The position numbers and the translations under genes are program-made. Below are positions 1-9,051 of a stretch of 64,000 nt of DNA, piece by piece. Positions within the stretch are counted from its first letter, which is position 1. The number at the start of each line of letters is the position of its first letter. The stretch is from Eubacteriales bacterium (GTDB lineage Bacteria; Bacillota; Clostridia; Oscillospirales; CAG-272), in assembly GCA_045580325.1 (NCBI GenBank), contig JAZNNR010000023.1, positions 6,718 to 70,717 of the forward strand, written 5' to 3'. Under the pieces are notes generated by a model. It ran no database searches and had not been told where the DNA came from. It saw only the letters and a list, made by a program, of their open reading frames with translations.

Positions 1-971
1 ACGGAAAGATTACCGAGGATAATTCATATACACTCGTTGATTTCTTCAATGACGCGGGATATAAAACGGTTGGAATACACCCTGAAAATCCGGGAAACTG
101 GAGTCGTAATTCGGTATATAAGTATTTCGGATTTGATGAGATATACTTTAAGAGTGATTTTAAGGGGCTCAGCAAAGAGGACTATTATCGCGGACACGTA
201 AGCGATAAGGCTATCTACGATAAAATAATCGACATGTACGAAACGAAGGAGGACGGCGAAAATCTGTTTACCTTCGCGGTTACTATGATGAATCACGGCG
301 GATACGATCACGCTTCCTTTGAGCCTACGATAAACGTTGAGGGCGACAATATTGCAAGCGAATATCTGTCGAGCGTAAACCGTGCAGACCAAGATCTCAA
401 ATATCTTATGGACTATTTCAGCACGGTTGAGGAAGAAACTCTTATTGTTTTCTTCGGCGACCATCAGCCTACTATGCAGAGCTCATTTACTTCTCTTTAT
501 ATGGGTATAAACGGACTTTCGACAGTAGAAGATATGCAGAGAATGTATACCATACCCTATATGTTCTGGTCCAATTTTGAGATGAACTCGGATATAAACG
601 AGAGTCTCACAAGTATCAACTATCTTTCTACTGAAATGCTTGATATTTGCGGTGTTCGTAAGAGTGTGTTCTTTGAAGCTATTGACAATATTCGCGAGGT
701 AATTCCCGCGATAAATGCATTCGGCTGGTATGATAACGAGGGTACTTTCCACGATTTCAAGGACGTTACCGATACAGATATTACAGAAAGCGAGCAGAAG
801 TACTTGGAGCTGTACGAGCATCTTGTCTTTAATTTGCTCTTTGACGAAGAAAGCAAGCTCGTCAATCTGTTTACCATACCCGATGCTTTGCACAGTACCG
901 TAGCGGTACATAACGTTACGGAGTTCTATGACTTCAGGTGTGCGCCCGTGCTTTATAAAGCTGATAACTGA
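1..971 (+). CDS. LTA-synthase/sulfatase-family (alkaline phosphatase superfamily) protein, C-terminal part; the 5' end lies outside the window
   Basis: The frame of ORF 234..971 stays open back to nt 3 (GKITEDNSYTLVDFFNDAGYKTVGIHPENPGNWSR...). It carries an FFGDHQP motif typical of LtaS/sulfatase-type enzymes. Confidence 0.7.
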   Translation, partial: GKITEDNSYTLVDFFNDAGYKTVGIHPENPGNWSRNSVYKYFGFDEIYFKSDFKGLSKEDYYRGHVSDKAIYDKIIDMYETKEDGENLFTFAVTMMNHGGYDHASFEPTINVEGDNIASEYLSSVNRADQDLKYLMDYFSTVEEETLIVFFGDHQPTMQSSFTSLYMGINGLSTVEDMQRMYTIPYMFWSNFEMNSDINESLTSINYLSTEMLDICGVRKSVFFEAIDNIREVIPAINAFGWYDNEGTFHDFKDVTDTDITESEQKYLELYEHLVFNLLFDEESKLVNLFTIPDALHSTVAVHNVTEFYDFRCAPVLYKADN

Positions 972-989
972 CAATAAGTAAAACGAAAT

Positions 990-1030
990 AAAATCGCCGC
1001 GCAATTACGATCTAACTGCACGGCGATTTT
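990..1030. terminator. Bidirectional hairpin between convergent genes
   Basis: aaaatcgccg ... cggcgatttt inverted repeat, with an A-run and T-run on either side. Confidence 0.6.
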
Positions 1031-1031
1031 G

Positions 1032-1214
1032 TTAATTTATAAATTTTATTCTTTTTTCGAGCTTTTCACGCTCAATATCAAGGTTTCTTGAACAAAAGGT
1101 GCATTTTATCCTTATGTCAGAGCCAAGACGGAGTATTTCAAATTTATCACATCCGCAGGGGTGTGATTTTTTGAGCGTGAGTATGTCGCCCACTTTCAGA
1201 AGAGGAATTTCCAT
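1032..1214 (-). CDS. DUF951 family small protein
   Basis: 60 aa. GDILTLKKSHPCGCDKFEILRLGSDIRIKCTFC matches the conserved DUF951 pattern (HPCG...W/F.I.R.G.DIRIKC..C). Confidence 0.8.
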   Translation of the reverse strand: MEIPLLKVGDILTLKKSHPCGCDKFEILRLGSDIRIKCTFCSRNLDIEREKLEKRIKFIN

Positions 1215-1239
1215 TTTTATAGCCTTTAAGAATAGTTTG

Positions 1240-2121
1240 TTATTTTGTGATACTTAAAAGTATCTTTCCGTATTCACTGAGGAGCGACGAAAGCTCAGAG
1301 TTACCTATAAAGATTTCGATAGGACCGCTTGACGTTGGCGCGATCGTTCCTGCGGGGAAGAAGAAGAGTATTCCGTCAGACTGCACCGACCAAGAGCTGT
1401 TTATAGTGCTTTCGACCAGCTTTTCGTAGTTACTGTACAGTGCAGGGAGCTTGCCCGCTTCCTGCTTTGCAAAAATCATACCGTTTACCGCACTTACAGC
1501 GTCATTCATGATAGCATCAAGCGTTACATCGTTCGAATCAAGAAGAATATCAAGATTGTAGTTCATACGCGTCTCGCGTACTGCTCCGTCGGGCATTATT
1601 TCAGAGAAAATAAAGCTTATACTGAAAAGTTCGGACGAAAAACGGTTTACGCTGTAGTATCCCGTTATTTGAGGGGGAACTTTAAAATCATCACTCGTTC
1701 CAAGCTTGTAAAGCTGAACGCGGCTGTTTACATAGTCTTTTATCTGAGAATTTATCCTGTCAAGAGCGTCGGCGAAGGCTGAAACGCTGCTGCCGTCGTT
1801 TGACGTTACAGAGGGATATGAATATCTCGATTCGCAAAGAATATTACCTTTTTTGTCGGTAAGCGAATTTTTTATTACAATAGGCTTTATTGTCCAGTTC
1901 GGGATATTTTCATCGGGCGGCGCAGTAGTGCCCGGCCTTTCCGAAGTATCGTCCCCCGGCGTGCTTCCCGAGTCGTCGGGCGGAGTGTTTGGGGCTTCAT
2001 CTGTCGGATAGTCAGGAGTGCCCAAAGAAATACGGAAAATATCGGAAGACAAAAGAGAAACAAGGGACAAAATAAGGGCTATTGCCAAAATGATCTTTAC
2101 CACTACAATAAATTTCTTCAC
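1240..2121 (-). CDS. Membrane-anchored secreted protein, DUF3298/RsiV-like C-terminal domain
   Basis: N-terminal TM helix, then a Pro/Thr/Asp-rich linker. The C-terminal ...SWSVQSDGILFFFPAGTIAPTSSGPIEIFI resembles the DUF3298 signature. Confidence 0.6.
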   Translation of the reverse strand: MKKFIVVVKIILAIALILSLVSLLSSDIFRISLGTPDYPTDEAPNTPPDDSGSTPGDDTSERPGTTAPPDENIPNWTIKPIVIKNSLTDKKGNILCESRYSYPSVTSNDGSSVSAFADALDRINSQIKDYVNSRVQLYKLGTSDDFKVPPQITGYYSVNRFSSELFSISFIFSEIMPDGAVRETRMNYNLDILLDSNDVTLDAIMNDAVSAVNGMIFAKQEAGKLPALYSNYEKLVESTINSSWSVQSDGILFFFPAGTIAPTSSGPIEIFIGNSELSSLLSEYGKILLSITK

Positions 2122-2260
2122 GTTTTCACTCCTTTACAGATTTATAACTCACCGTATATGATAATACCACAAAACAATAGTATTTGCAACAGAAATCTTA
2201 AAAAAGGATTGTAAAAAATATATAAATTTAATTTCAGACATATAAATGAAAGGGAACGAT

Positions 2261-2908
2261 ATGTTTAAAGCTGTGATTTTTGACCTTGACGGAACACTTG
2301 TCAATACACTTGACGATCTTGCTTTTGCTATGAACGAGATGCTTATGCATTTTGGGTATCCCGAAAGGAGCAAAGAGGAGATAGAAACATTTATAGGCAA
2401 CGGTCAGAGAATGTTCGTCAAAAGAAGTCTGCCCGAATACGCGAGGGACGAGGAAAATATCGACGTTTGTACGAAGTATTATGCTGAAAAATACTCGGAA
2501 AATATTGTAAAATTTTCGGTAGCGTATGAAGGTATTCCCGAAGCACTTGCAAATATGAAAAAAGCGGGAATCAAGCTCGCCGTTTTGTCTAATAAATCGG
2601 ACATTCACGTTCAGAAAATCATAAGCGAGCTTTTCGGAGCTGACTTTTTCGACCTTGTTCTCGGCGCAGGCCGCTTTGCTATAAAGCCTGATCCTGAGGC
2701 TGTGCTCTATATATCGGAAAAGCTTGGCGTAGATCCCACCGAGGCTGCATTTGTAGGCGACTCGGACGTCGATATAAAAACAGCACACAGTGCGGGTATG
2801 ACTGCCGTGTGGGTGTCGTGGGGATTTCAGAAGAGAGATATTCTCGCTTTTGCAGGCGAGTGTAAGGTCGCAGACAGCGCAGAAGATCTCCAAAAAATAC
2901 TTGTATAA
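2261..2908 (+). CDS. HAD-superfamily phosphatase (phosphoglycolate phosphatase-like)
   Basis: MFKAVIFDLDGTLVNT (HAD motif I) and GDSDVDI (motif IV). The ATG at 2261 has an aaggga SD 5 nt upstream; the ORF-track start at 2246 has none. Confidence 0.8.
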   Translation: MFKAVIFDLDGTLVNTLDDLAFAMNEMLMHFGYPERSKEEIETFIGNGQRMFVKRSLPEYARDEENIDVCTKYYAEKYSENIVKFSVAYEGIPEALANMKKAGIKLAVLSNKSDIHVQKIISELFGADFFDLVLGAGRFAIKPDPEAVLYISEKLGVDPTEAAFVGDSDVDIKTAHSAGMTAVWVSWGFQKRDILAFAGECKVADSAEDLQKILV

Positions 2909-2924
2909 TAAAAGGCTGTTTTTG

Positions 2925-2953
2925 TTGACAAAATCGATTATATCTGTTATAAT
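2925..2953 (+). promoter_or_regulatory. Sigma-70-type promoter for holB
   Basis: TTGACA (2925..2930), 17-nt spacer, TATAAT (2948..2953), with TGT immediately upstream of the -10. Confidence 0.6.
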
Positions 2954-3009
2954 TACTGTGTCGCGATGTGATTTATCGTGAAAAATCAGTAAGCAAGGAG
3001 TTTTGGAAG

Positions 3010-4023
3010 ATGGCAGAAACTTGCCGCGAGGTCGGAAGTATACTTTCCTCGGTAATATATAAAAACGATATTCTTAAACGTATCGTTTCCGACGATATTG
3101 CAAGCGGCCGTTTTGTTCATTCTTCTATAATCGAAGGACCGCCCAAAAGCGGTAAGCTTACCCTTGCACGCGCTATCGCTGCAGAGCTGTCGGGAAACGA
3201 CTCGGCTGCCGACAAGATAATGCGCGGAATATGTGCCGACGTGTACGAAATAGAACAGAAAAACGGACGTAAAACGATAGGAATAGAGGCGGTAAGAGAA
3301 ATACGCTCTACTGCTTTTATAATGCCGAACGATTCGGATATAAAGGCGTACATAATACGCTATGCCGACACGATGACAACTCAGGCGCAAAATGCGATAC
3401 TAAAGCTGCTCGAGGAGCCGCCGAAGAACGTTTACTTTATGCTTCTTGTCGAAAATGCGGCATCCCTTCTTGCAACTGTAAGATCGCGCGCACCGATACT
3501 TCGTATGCAGGTCTTTTCGGCGGGCGAGATAGAAGAGTATCTTTTGAAAAATAGCGCCCGCGCGCTTGATATGTCAAAAAGATCACCCGATGAATTTGCG
3601 CGTGTTTTGGCGCGCTCTGGCGGAAGTATAGGCGAGGCACTCAGAATAATCGACGAAGGCGATAATACAGAGACTCTTGGCAAGCAGGTTACCGAGCTTC
3701 TTGAGGTCCTTACAAACAAGGACAGAGCGTCGCTTGCAGTTTTCCCATTTCCGACTAAAAACAGGGAAGAGCTTTCCGATTTTCTTTCTATGCTCAGAAG
3801 GGCGCTTCGCGATATGACGGCATCAAGAAGTATGGGCAGGTGCGAAATGCTTTTTGGCGACGACGGGAAAATGGTAGAGCTTTCAAAAAAGGTTGGAATG
3901 TCAACACTTCTCAAAGCCGAGCTTACCGTATCAGAGCTTCTTAGTAAGCTTGAAAGAAATCTGGCACTTGCCAATATCAAAGCCGAAATGGTAATATCTC
4001 TTTGGAAGGCATTTTTGCAGTAA
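3010..4023 (+). CDS. holB: DNA polymerase III delta-prime subunit
   Basis: Has GPPKSGKLTLARAIA P-loop-like and NAILKLLEEPP motifs. Synteny holB-ricT. The ATG at 3010 has an AAGGAG SD 9 nt upstream; the alternative GTG at 2968 lies at the predicted transcription start. Confidence 0.8.
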   Translation: MAETCREVGSILSSVIYKNDILKRIVSDDIASGRFVHSSIIEGPPKSGKLTLARAIAAELSGNDSAADKIMRGICADVYEIEQKNGRKTIGIEAVREIRSTAFIMPNDSDIKAYIIRYADTMTTQAQNAILKLLEEPPKNVYFMLLVENAASLLATVRSRAPILRMQVFSAGEIEEYLLKNSARALDMSKRSPDEFARVLARSGGSIGEALRIIDEGDNTETLGKQVTELLEVLTNKDRASLAVFPFPTKNREELSDFLSMLRRALRDMTASRSMGRCEMLFGDDGKMVELSKKVGMSTLLKAELTVSELLSKLERNLALANIKAEMVISLWKAFLQ

Positions 4024-4073
4024 ATTATACAAGGACAAATATATAGATAAACATAAAAGAATAGGAAATTTAT

Positions 4074-5561
4074 ATGAGCGCACATAAGAATCGCAGAAAG
4101 TCTTTCGGCAAGCTCGAAAGACCCGATAAAATTATAGAACGCGAAAAAGCAGAAAAGGCGACATTCGAGGAAACGCTTCGGGATTCTGACGAAGAGCCCG
4201 AAAAGGAAGAAGTGCCTGATAAAAACGCTTTTTACGTTGATGATACTGCCGATAAAATCGATGAAAGCGATAACAAAGAAAGCGAAAAAAACGAAGAACC
4301 CGTTTATTTCGATAACGCATACGCGCAGATGCCCGATTTCGCCGAGGTTATAGGAGTTTCCTTCAGAGGCTCGGGTAAAATGTATTATTTTGCCGCAAAT
4401 GGCTGCATAGCGAAGGACGGGGACAGCGCAATCGTTGAAACCGCGCGCGGAGTCGAGTACGGCAAGGTGGTTCTTACCAATAAAATGGTATCCAAGAAGG
4501 AACTTGTCCTTCCTCTCAAAAACGTTATTCGTATCGCAAACGAGAACGATACCGCAAGATTTGAGGAAAACAAGAAAAAGGAAGACGAAGCGTTTGAGAT
4601 CTGTCAGAAGAAGATCGTCGCACACGCTCTCGATATGAAGCTTATCGACGCTGAATATACCTTTGATAATTCCAAGCTTCTTTTCTACTTCACATCGGAC
4701 GATAGAGTTGACTTCAGAGATCTCGTGAAGGATCTTGCTTCGGTATTTAAGACAAGAATCGAGCTTCGACAAATAGGAATACGCGACGAAGCAAAGCTTA
4801 TGGGCGGACTTGGAGTCTGCGGAAGAACATTTTGCTGTCATAGCTTCCTTGCCGATTTCGTTCAGGTGTCGATAAAGATGGCAAAGGAACAAAATCTCGC
4901 ACTTAATTCGGCAAAGATCTCGGGCGCCTGCGGACGTCTTATGTGTTGCCTCAGATATGAATATGACACGTATCAGGAGGAAGCAAGACGCACTCCTAAG
5001 GTCGATAGCCGTGTTATCACTCCCGACGGAGCAGGAAAGGTTACAGAGGCGAAGCCTCTTCTCGGACTTGTCAAGGTCGCTCTTGACGATACTCCCGAAA
5101 ATGCGAAGGTCTACGATAGAAAGCTCCTTCGTCCCGAAACTCCCGAAGAGTTTAAAGCCGCGCAGGAAAAGAAGCTTCTTCGCGCGCAAAAGGAAGCGGA
5201 GATAGAGGAAAGCAGAAACGCTAAAAAAGCAAGTGCAGAGGCAAAGGCTGCGGCACTTGAAAAAACCTTTGACCGCACGGTCAGATCAAACGGCAGAGAT
5301 GAGCAGAGCAAAGAAAAACAGTCCCGCCAAAATAATGCGGCAGCAAACAGAGAAGGCAAGACTTTTTCGGGCGCAAAAAATCAGGACAGCGCTAACATAA
5401 AAGAAAATGTTAATACCGAAGCTGCCGAAAGATCCCGCGAAAATGATACCGCGACAAATAAAGAGGGTAATAAAGATGGAAATGCGAAATCGCATAAATA
5501 TCATCGCTATAACCGTTCAAGACATAAAAAATCCAAAAAAACCGATAAGCAAGACGGATAA
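4074..5561 (+). CDS. ricT: PSP1-domain protein (RicT/YaaT, stage 0 sporulation protein homolog) with long Lys/Glu/Asn-rich N- and C-terminal tails
   Basis: PSP1 core (VIGVSFRGSGKMYYF...GVCGRTFCCHSFL...CGRLMCCLRYE). Sits directly after holB, as in Bacillus. Confidence 0.85.
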   Translation: MSAHKNRRKSFGKLERPDKIIEREKAEKATFEETLRDSDEEPEKEEVPDKNAFYVDDTADKIDESDNKESEKNEEPVYFDNAYAQMPDFAEVIGVSFRGSGKMYYFAANGCIAKDGDSAIVETARGVEYGKVVLTNKMVSKKELVLPLKNVIRIANENDTARFEENKKKEDEAFEICQKKIVAHALDMKLIDAEYTFDNSKLLFYFTSDDRVDFRDLVKDLASVFKTRIELRQIGIRDEAKLMGGLGVCGRTFCCHSFLADFVQVSIKMAKEQNLALNSAKISGACGRLMCCLRYEYDTYQEEARRTPKVDSRVITPDGAGKVTEAKPLLGLVKVALDDTPENAKVYDRKLLRPETPEEFKAAQEKKLLRAQKEAEIEESRNAKKASAEAKAAALEKTFDRTVRSNGRDEQSKEKQSRQNNAAANREGKTFSGAKNQDSANIKENVNTEAAERSRENDTATNKEGNKDGNAKSHKYHRYNRSRHKKSKKTDKQDG

Positions 5562-5608
5562 AATTATGTCGAAGACTGAAATAATTTAAAAAAATATGTA
5601 AATACGCA

Positions 5609-5637
5609 TTGATTTTTTGAAATCTTTGTGATATAAT
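5609..5637 (+). promoter_or_regulatory. Sigma-70-type promoter for ferredoxin
   Basis: TTGATT, 17-nt spacer, TATAAT, with TGTGA upstream of the -10. Confidence 0.55.
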
Positions 5638-5664
5638 TAGAAAAAAACATCGGAGGTGTTTGTA

Positions 5665-5838
5665 ATGGCTTACAAAATCAACGTTGACGAATGCATCGGA
5701 TGCGGTGCATGCGCAGAAGAATGCCCTGTTGGTGCTATTTCCGAAAAAGACGGAAAGTACGTAATCAATGAAGACGAGTGCCTTGATTGTGGCGCATGCG
5801 AAAGTGCTTGCCCCGTAGGTGCACCTAAGGCTCAATAA
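5665..5838 (+). CDS. 2x[4Fe-4S] ferredoxin
   Basis: [21 protein letters not shown] ... [12 protein letters not shown] (two CxxCxxCxxxCP motifs). GGAGG SD 8 nt upstream of the ATG at 5665. Confidence 0.9.
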   Translation: MAYKINVDECIGCGACAEECPVGAISEKDGKYVINEDECLDCGACESACPVGAPKAQ

Positions 5839-5864
5839 TCCGAGAAGATCGGTAACAAACTTGC

Positions 5865-5899
5865 AAGGGCAGATCGTTTAAGTTCTGCCCTTAAGTTTT
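5865..5899 (+). terminator. Rho-independent terminator after ferredoxin
   Basis: aagggcaga / tctgccctt stem followed by aagtttt. Confidence 0.6.
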
Positions 5900-5932
5900 G
5901 CCAAAAGTTGTGAAAGGAAGTGATCCTCCCAT

Positions 5933-6691
5933 ATGTCCGATGAAAGAATCGACTACGTGAATGAAAATATAACGCTTGTTCAAAACAAAAACGGTCTTAC
6001 CTTCGGTACGGACGCATATTTGCTGTATGCTTATCTGCGTAAAATGTCCAAGGGTATGGCGGCTGATTTCGGCGCGGGCACGGGGATAATATCTCTTCTT
6101 GCCGCTGCAAAGGGTAAGTTCTCGCAGATATACGCCTTTGAGATACAGGAGTCCTTTGCTTCACTTATCGAGCGAAATGTAAGCGAAAACGGCTTTTCAG
6201 ATAAGATAAAGATTGTTTGCACACCTGTTCAGAATATTGAAAGCGACCTTTTCGGGCGCTTTGACTGTGTTTTCTCAAATCCGCCGTATATGAAAAAGGG
6301 AAGCGGATTTCTTAATGCAAACAGCGAAAAATATATAGCGCGCCACGAGGTTTGCGGCGATATAAAGGATTTTTGTGAGGCGGCATCAAAGCTTCTCAAA
6401 TATTCGGGAAGCTTTTACGTAGTATGGCGCCCCGATAGGCTGTCCGATCTATTTGACGCTATGAGAAGTAGTAAGATCGAGCCTAAACGTATGACGGTGG
6501 TATATCCCGATGCGAAAAGCCGTCCGAGCCTTGTGCTTGTAGAGGGCAAACGCGGCGCGGCAAGCGGACTTTATTTCACAAAGCCGCTCATAATGCACCC
6601 AGACGCCTCGGCGAAGCCTCTTGCCTATACAGACGATCTTACCTATATATATGAAAACGGGGAGTTTGGTGAAGAATATGAAAGAGCCTAA
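5933..6691 (+). CDS. SAM-dependent methyltransferase, tRNA1(Val) m6A37 methyltransferase (YabB/TrmN6)-like
   Basis: GAGTGIISL SAM motif and an NPPY catalytic motif. Position upstream of rsmI matches Bacillus yabB. Confidence 0.75.
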   Translation: MSDERIDYVNENITLVQNKNGLTFGTDAYLLYAYLRKMSKGMAADFGAGTGIISLLAAAKGKFSQIYAFEIQESFASLIERNVSENGFSDKIKIVCTPVQNIESDLFGRFDCVFSNPPYMKKGSGFLNANSEKYIARHEVCGDIKDFCEAASKLLKYSGSFYVVWRPDRLSDLFDAMRSSKIEPKRMTVVYPDAKSRPSLVLVEGKRGAASGLYFTKPLIMHPDASAKPLAYTDDLTYIYENGEFGEEYERA

Positions 6692-7550
6692 CTTTGAAGA
6701 AAAATTCGAAGAAAAAAATAAAATAGAGGGCGGTACGCTCTATCTCGTTGCGACACCGATAGGAAATCTCGCGGATATATCGTACAGAGCGCTCAAAATA
6801 CTCGAGGGCGTCGATTTTATAGCCGCAGAGGACACTCGCAACTCGCTGAAGCTTCTTACCTATTTCGGCATTTCCAAGCCGCTTGTGAGCTATTTTGAGC
6901 ACAACAAAAGGGAGAGAGGACCGCAGATAATAAAAAGATTACAGGGCGGCGAGTCGTGTGCGCTCATAACAGATGCGGGTACTCCCGCGATCAGCGATCC
7001 GGGCGAGGATCTTGTCCGTATCTGCGCTGAAAACGGTGTCAAGGTAACCTCTGTGCCGGGAGCGTGCGCGGCAATAACTGCGCTCACTCTTTCGGGATTT
7101 GATACGCGCAGATTTGTATTTGAAGGCTTCGTTTCGGGCACAAAGAGCGAAATTGACGCTCATCTCACCCCTCTCAAAAATGAAAAGCGCACGATGATAT
7201 TTTACGAAGCTCCGCACAGACTTGTAGATACGCTTGAAGTCTTTTATGCTCATTTCGGCGACCGCAAAATTGCGCTTTGCCGCGAGATAACCAAGCTTAA
7301 CGAAGAGGTTAAAAGAGTAAAGCTTTCCGAAGCGCTTGAGTACTATAAGGAAAATGCTCCGCGCGGAGAGTACGTAATAGTCGTCGAGGGCGCGGCAGAC
7401 GATACCGACTGTTTCTGGAAGGATATGACCGTACAGGAGCAGGTCGATTACTATATTTCGCTCGGTATGGCAAAAATGGACGCTATTAAGGAAACCGCAC
7501 GCGCACGCGGTGTCGGCAAGAGCGTGATCTATAAGGAACTACTTGACTAA
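6678..7550 (+). CDS. rsmI: 16S rRNA (cytidine1402-2'-O)-methyltransferase
   Basis: GTLYLVATPIGNLADISYRALKILEGVDFIAAEDTR is the RsmI tetrapyrrole-methylase-fold signature. The ATG at 6678 overlaps the upstream gene by 14 nt. Confidence 0.9.
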   Translation: MKEPNFEEKFEEKNKIEGGTLYLVATPIGNLADISYRALKILEGVDFIAAEDTRNSLKLLTYFGISKPLVSYFEHNKRERGPQIIKRLQGGESCALITDAGTPAISDPGEDLVRICAENGVKVTSVPGACAAITALTLSGFDTRRFVFEGFVSGTKSEIDAHLTPLKNEKRTMIFYEAPHRLVDTLEVFYAHFGDRKIALCREITKLNEEVKRVKLSEALEYYKENAPRGEYVIVVEGAADDTDCFWKDMTVQEQVDYYISLGMAKMDAIKETARARGVGKSVIYKELLD

Positions 7551-7703
7551 CTTAGGGCGCTGCCCTAAGAACCCGCTTAGAAAACTTTTTGAAAAAAGTT
7601 TTCTAAGGACTTTCAAAAACTTTGCTGAAAAGGGAAAAAATAAATTTTTAAGAAAAGTTTTTGAGGAGAGTTTGAGAGGAACTTTTTTCAAAAAGGTCCT
7701 CTC
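7551..7703. repeat. Cluster of hairpin repeats with a conserved TTTTT(G/C)AAAAA centre
   Basis: Three hairpins: 7551..7569 (cttaggg/ccctaag), 7576..7607 (cttagaaaactttt/aaaagttttctaag) and 7674..7703 (gagaggaacttttt/aaaaaggtcctctc). The same design recurs at 62508..62593. Confidence 0.8.
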
Positions 7704-7720
7704 AAGAAAACAAAAAACAC

Positions 7721-7749
7721 TTGAAAATGACATAAAACTGTGTTATAAT
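7721..7749 (+). promoter_or_regulatory. Sigma-70-type promoter for smpB
   Basis: TTGAAA, 17-nt spacer, TATAAT, with the extended -10 TGTGT. Confidence 0.6.
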
Positions 7750-7783
7750 CAAAGAACGCCAAAAAGAAAGGAGTACCGCCGAT

Positions 7784-8245
7784 ATGGAAAAAAAGGAAAC
7801 AAGAACAGTTGCCGCTAACAGAAAAGCATATCACGACTATTTTGTCGATGAAACGTACGAGGCGGGAATCGCTCTTTACGGCACCGAGGTAAAATCTATA
7901 CGTCTTGGCGCGGTGAACTTAAAGGATTCATACTGCTTTATAAAAAACGGCGAGATCTTCGTAAGAGGAATGCATATAAGTCCTTACGAAAAGGGAAATA
8001 TATTCAATAGAGATCCCCTTCGCGAAAGAAAGCTCCTTATGCATAGGCGCGAGATAATGAAGCTTTTTGGGCTTGTAGGACGTCAAGGCGTGTCACTCAT
8101 TCCGCTTTCGCTCTATTTTTCGGGCAAAAATCTAAAGCTTTCGCTCGGTGTTTGCAGAGGTAAAAAGCTTTACGATAAGCGTGAAACAGAGGCGAAAAAA
8201 CAGATGGCGCGAGATGTCGAGCGTGCATCAAGAGAAAAATACTGA
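7784..8245 (+). CDS. smpB: SsrA-binding protein
   Basis: NRKAYHDYF...GTEVKS...L.L.PYE...[12 protein letters not shown] is the classic SmpB sequence. AAGGAG SD. tmRNA lies immediately downstream. Confidence 0.95.
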   Translation: MEKKETRTVAANRKAYHDYFVDETYEAGIALYGTEVKSIRLGAVNLKDSYCFIKNGEIFVRGMHISPYEKGNIFNRDPLRERKLLMHRREIMKLFGLVGRQGVSLIPLSLYFSGKNLKLSLGVCRGKKLYDKRETEAKKQMARDVERASREKY

Positions 8246-8260
8246 TAAAAAACATTTCAA

Positions 8261-8618
8261 GGGCCCGTAAAGGTTTCGACGGGGATTTTGAGGTATGATA
8301 AGCGAGTAGAGCCGGGTAAACTCTTAAACTGCCTAAATTTTAAAATTAAACGCTAACAATAACGTAGCAATGGCCGCGTAAGCGGTGCCGCTGCCATAAG
8401 GCAGCCCGCTCCTTTCGGGAGTATCACGGCCCGAAACTGAGTGTCATGCAGTGATGAACGTGAAGTGCGAGCTCGTCGTCGTAACACTCACGCATAAGAC
8501 GGCTGCCGAAGGTGTGTTTTGTTTGTCCGCACATTTTCGGGAGATCACAGACAAACTACACTCGTAGAAAGTCATATCAAGGGGTTTTCGGACGGGAGTT
8601 CGACTCTCCCCGGGTCCA
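8261..8618 (+). ncRNA. ssrA: tmRNA (SsrA)
   Basis: 5' GGGCCCGTAAAGGTTTCGACGGGG and 3' GGACGGGAGTTCGACTCTCCCCGGGTCCA. The acceptor stem has a G3:U pair. Predicted tag reading frame 8352..8381: GCT AAC AAT AAC GTA GCA ATG GCC GCG TAA, giving (A)ANNNVAMAA. CCA is not encoded. Confidence 0.9.
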
Positions 8619-8622
8619 TAAA

Positions 8623-8658
8623 TAGCTAAAAGGCACGGTTTACCGTGCCTTTTAGCTA
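8623..8658 (+). terminator. Terminator of tmRNA
   Basis: 16-bp stem tagctaaaaggcacgg / ccgtgccttttagcta. Confidence 0.75.
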
Positions 8659-8679
8659 TTTACAGCACTCCACGAGCGA

Positions 8680-8945
8680 ACTCCGTAAATGCGCAAAGCG
8701 CATTTGCTGAATTTGCGCTGAGTGAAATAAGCGGGAAGATGAGATAAGCGGCGCAAAGCCCCGTTCAGACTCTCCCGCGAGCACGGCTCACCTCTGCATT
8801 CTTAGCGGAGAAATCCATTTCATAGCGTAGGGCGGGAGCTTGCTCCCGCCCTACGACGATTTGTTTCTCTGCGGATAGTGGGTTCGGGCTTCTGCCCGAT
8901 CGTACGTGGACTGCCACGCGCTATGCTTGCCCGAGACGCAAGCGT
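8680..8945. repeat. Array of short GC-rich mini-hairpins (non-coding)
   Basis: Hairpins at 8687..8705 (aaatgcgc-aaa-gcgcattt), 8826..8855 (cgtagggcgggagc-tt-gctcccgccctacg), 8884..8899 (tcgggc-ttct-gcccga) and 8925..8943 (gcttgc...gcaagc). No credible ORF. Confidence 0.7.
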
Positions 8946-9051
8946 TGGGAAACAATGTAAATGCCTCTAAACCTATCTATTTACTTTTTGACAGATTTAT
9001 GATATAATGAATTGAAAGCACGCTTGATGTATCTGAAAACTGGAGGGTATT

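Noticed and set aside
3432-5189. Long antisense ORFs opposite well-supported genes. Others are 10062..11399, 15228..16088, 20305..20994, 26525..27532, 33006..34541, 46247..47137, 51821..52453 and 54687..55481.
   Set aside because: Each lies entirely antisense to a gene with strong family motifs. Their translations are low-complexity or Cys/Phe/Arg-rich with no recognisable domains. These are typical shadow ORFs.
7543-7818. 91-aa ORF spanning the rsmI-smpB spacer
   Set aside because: It is the translation of the hairpin repeats (repetitive FxKxF-type peptides). It has no SD, runs over the smpB promoter and start, and the same artefact appears at 62564 upstream of rsmD.
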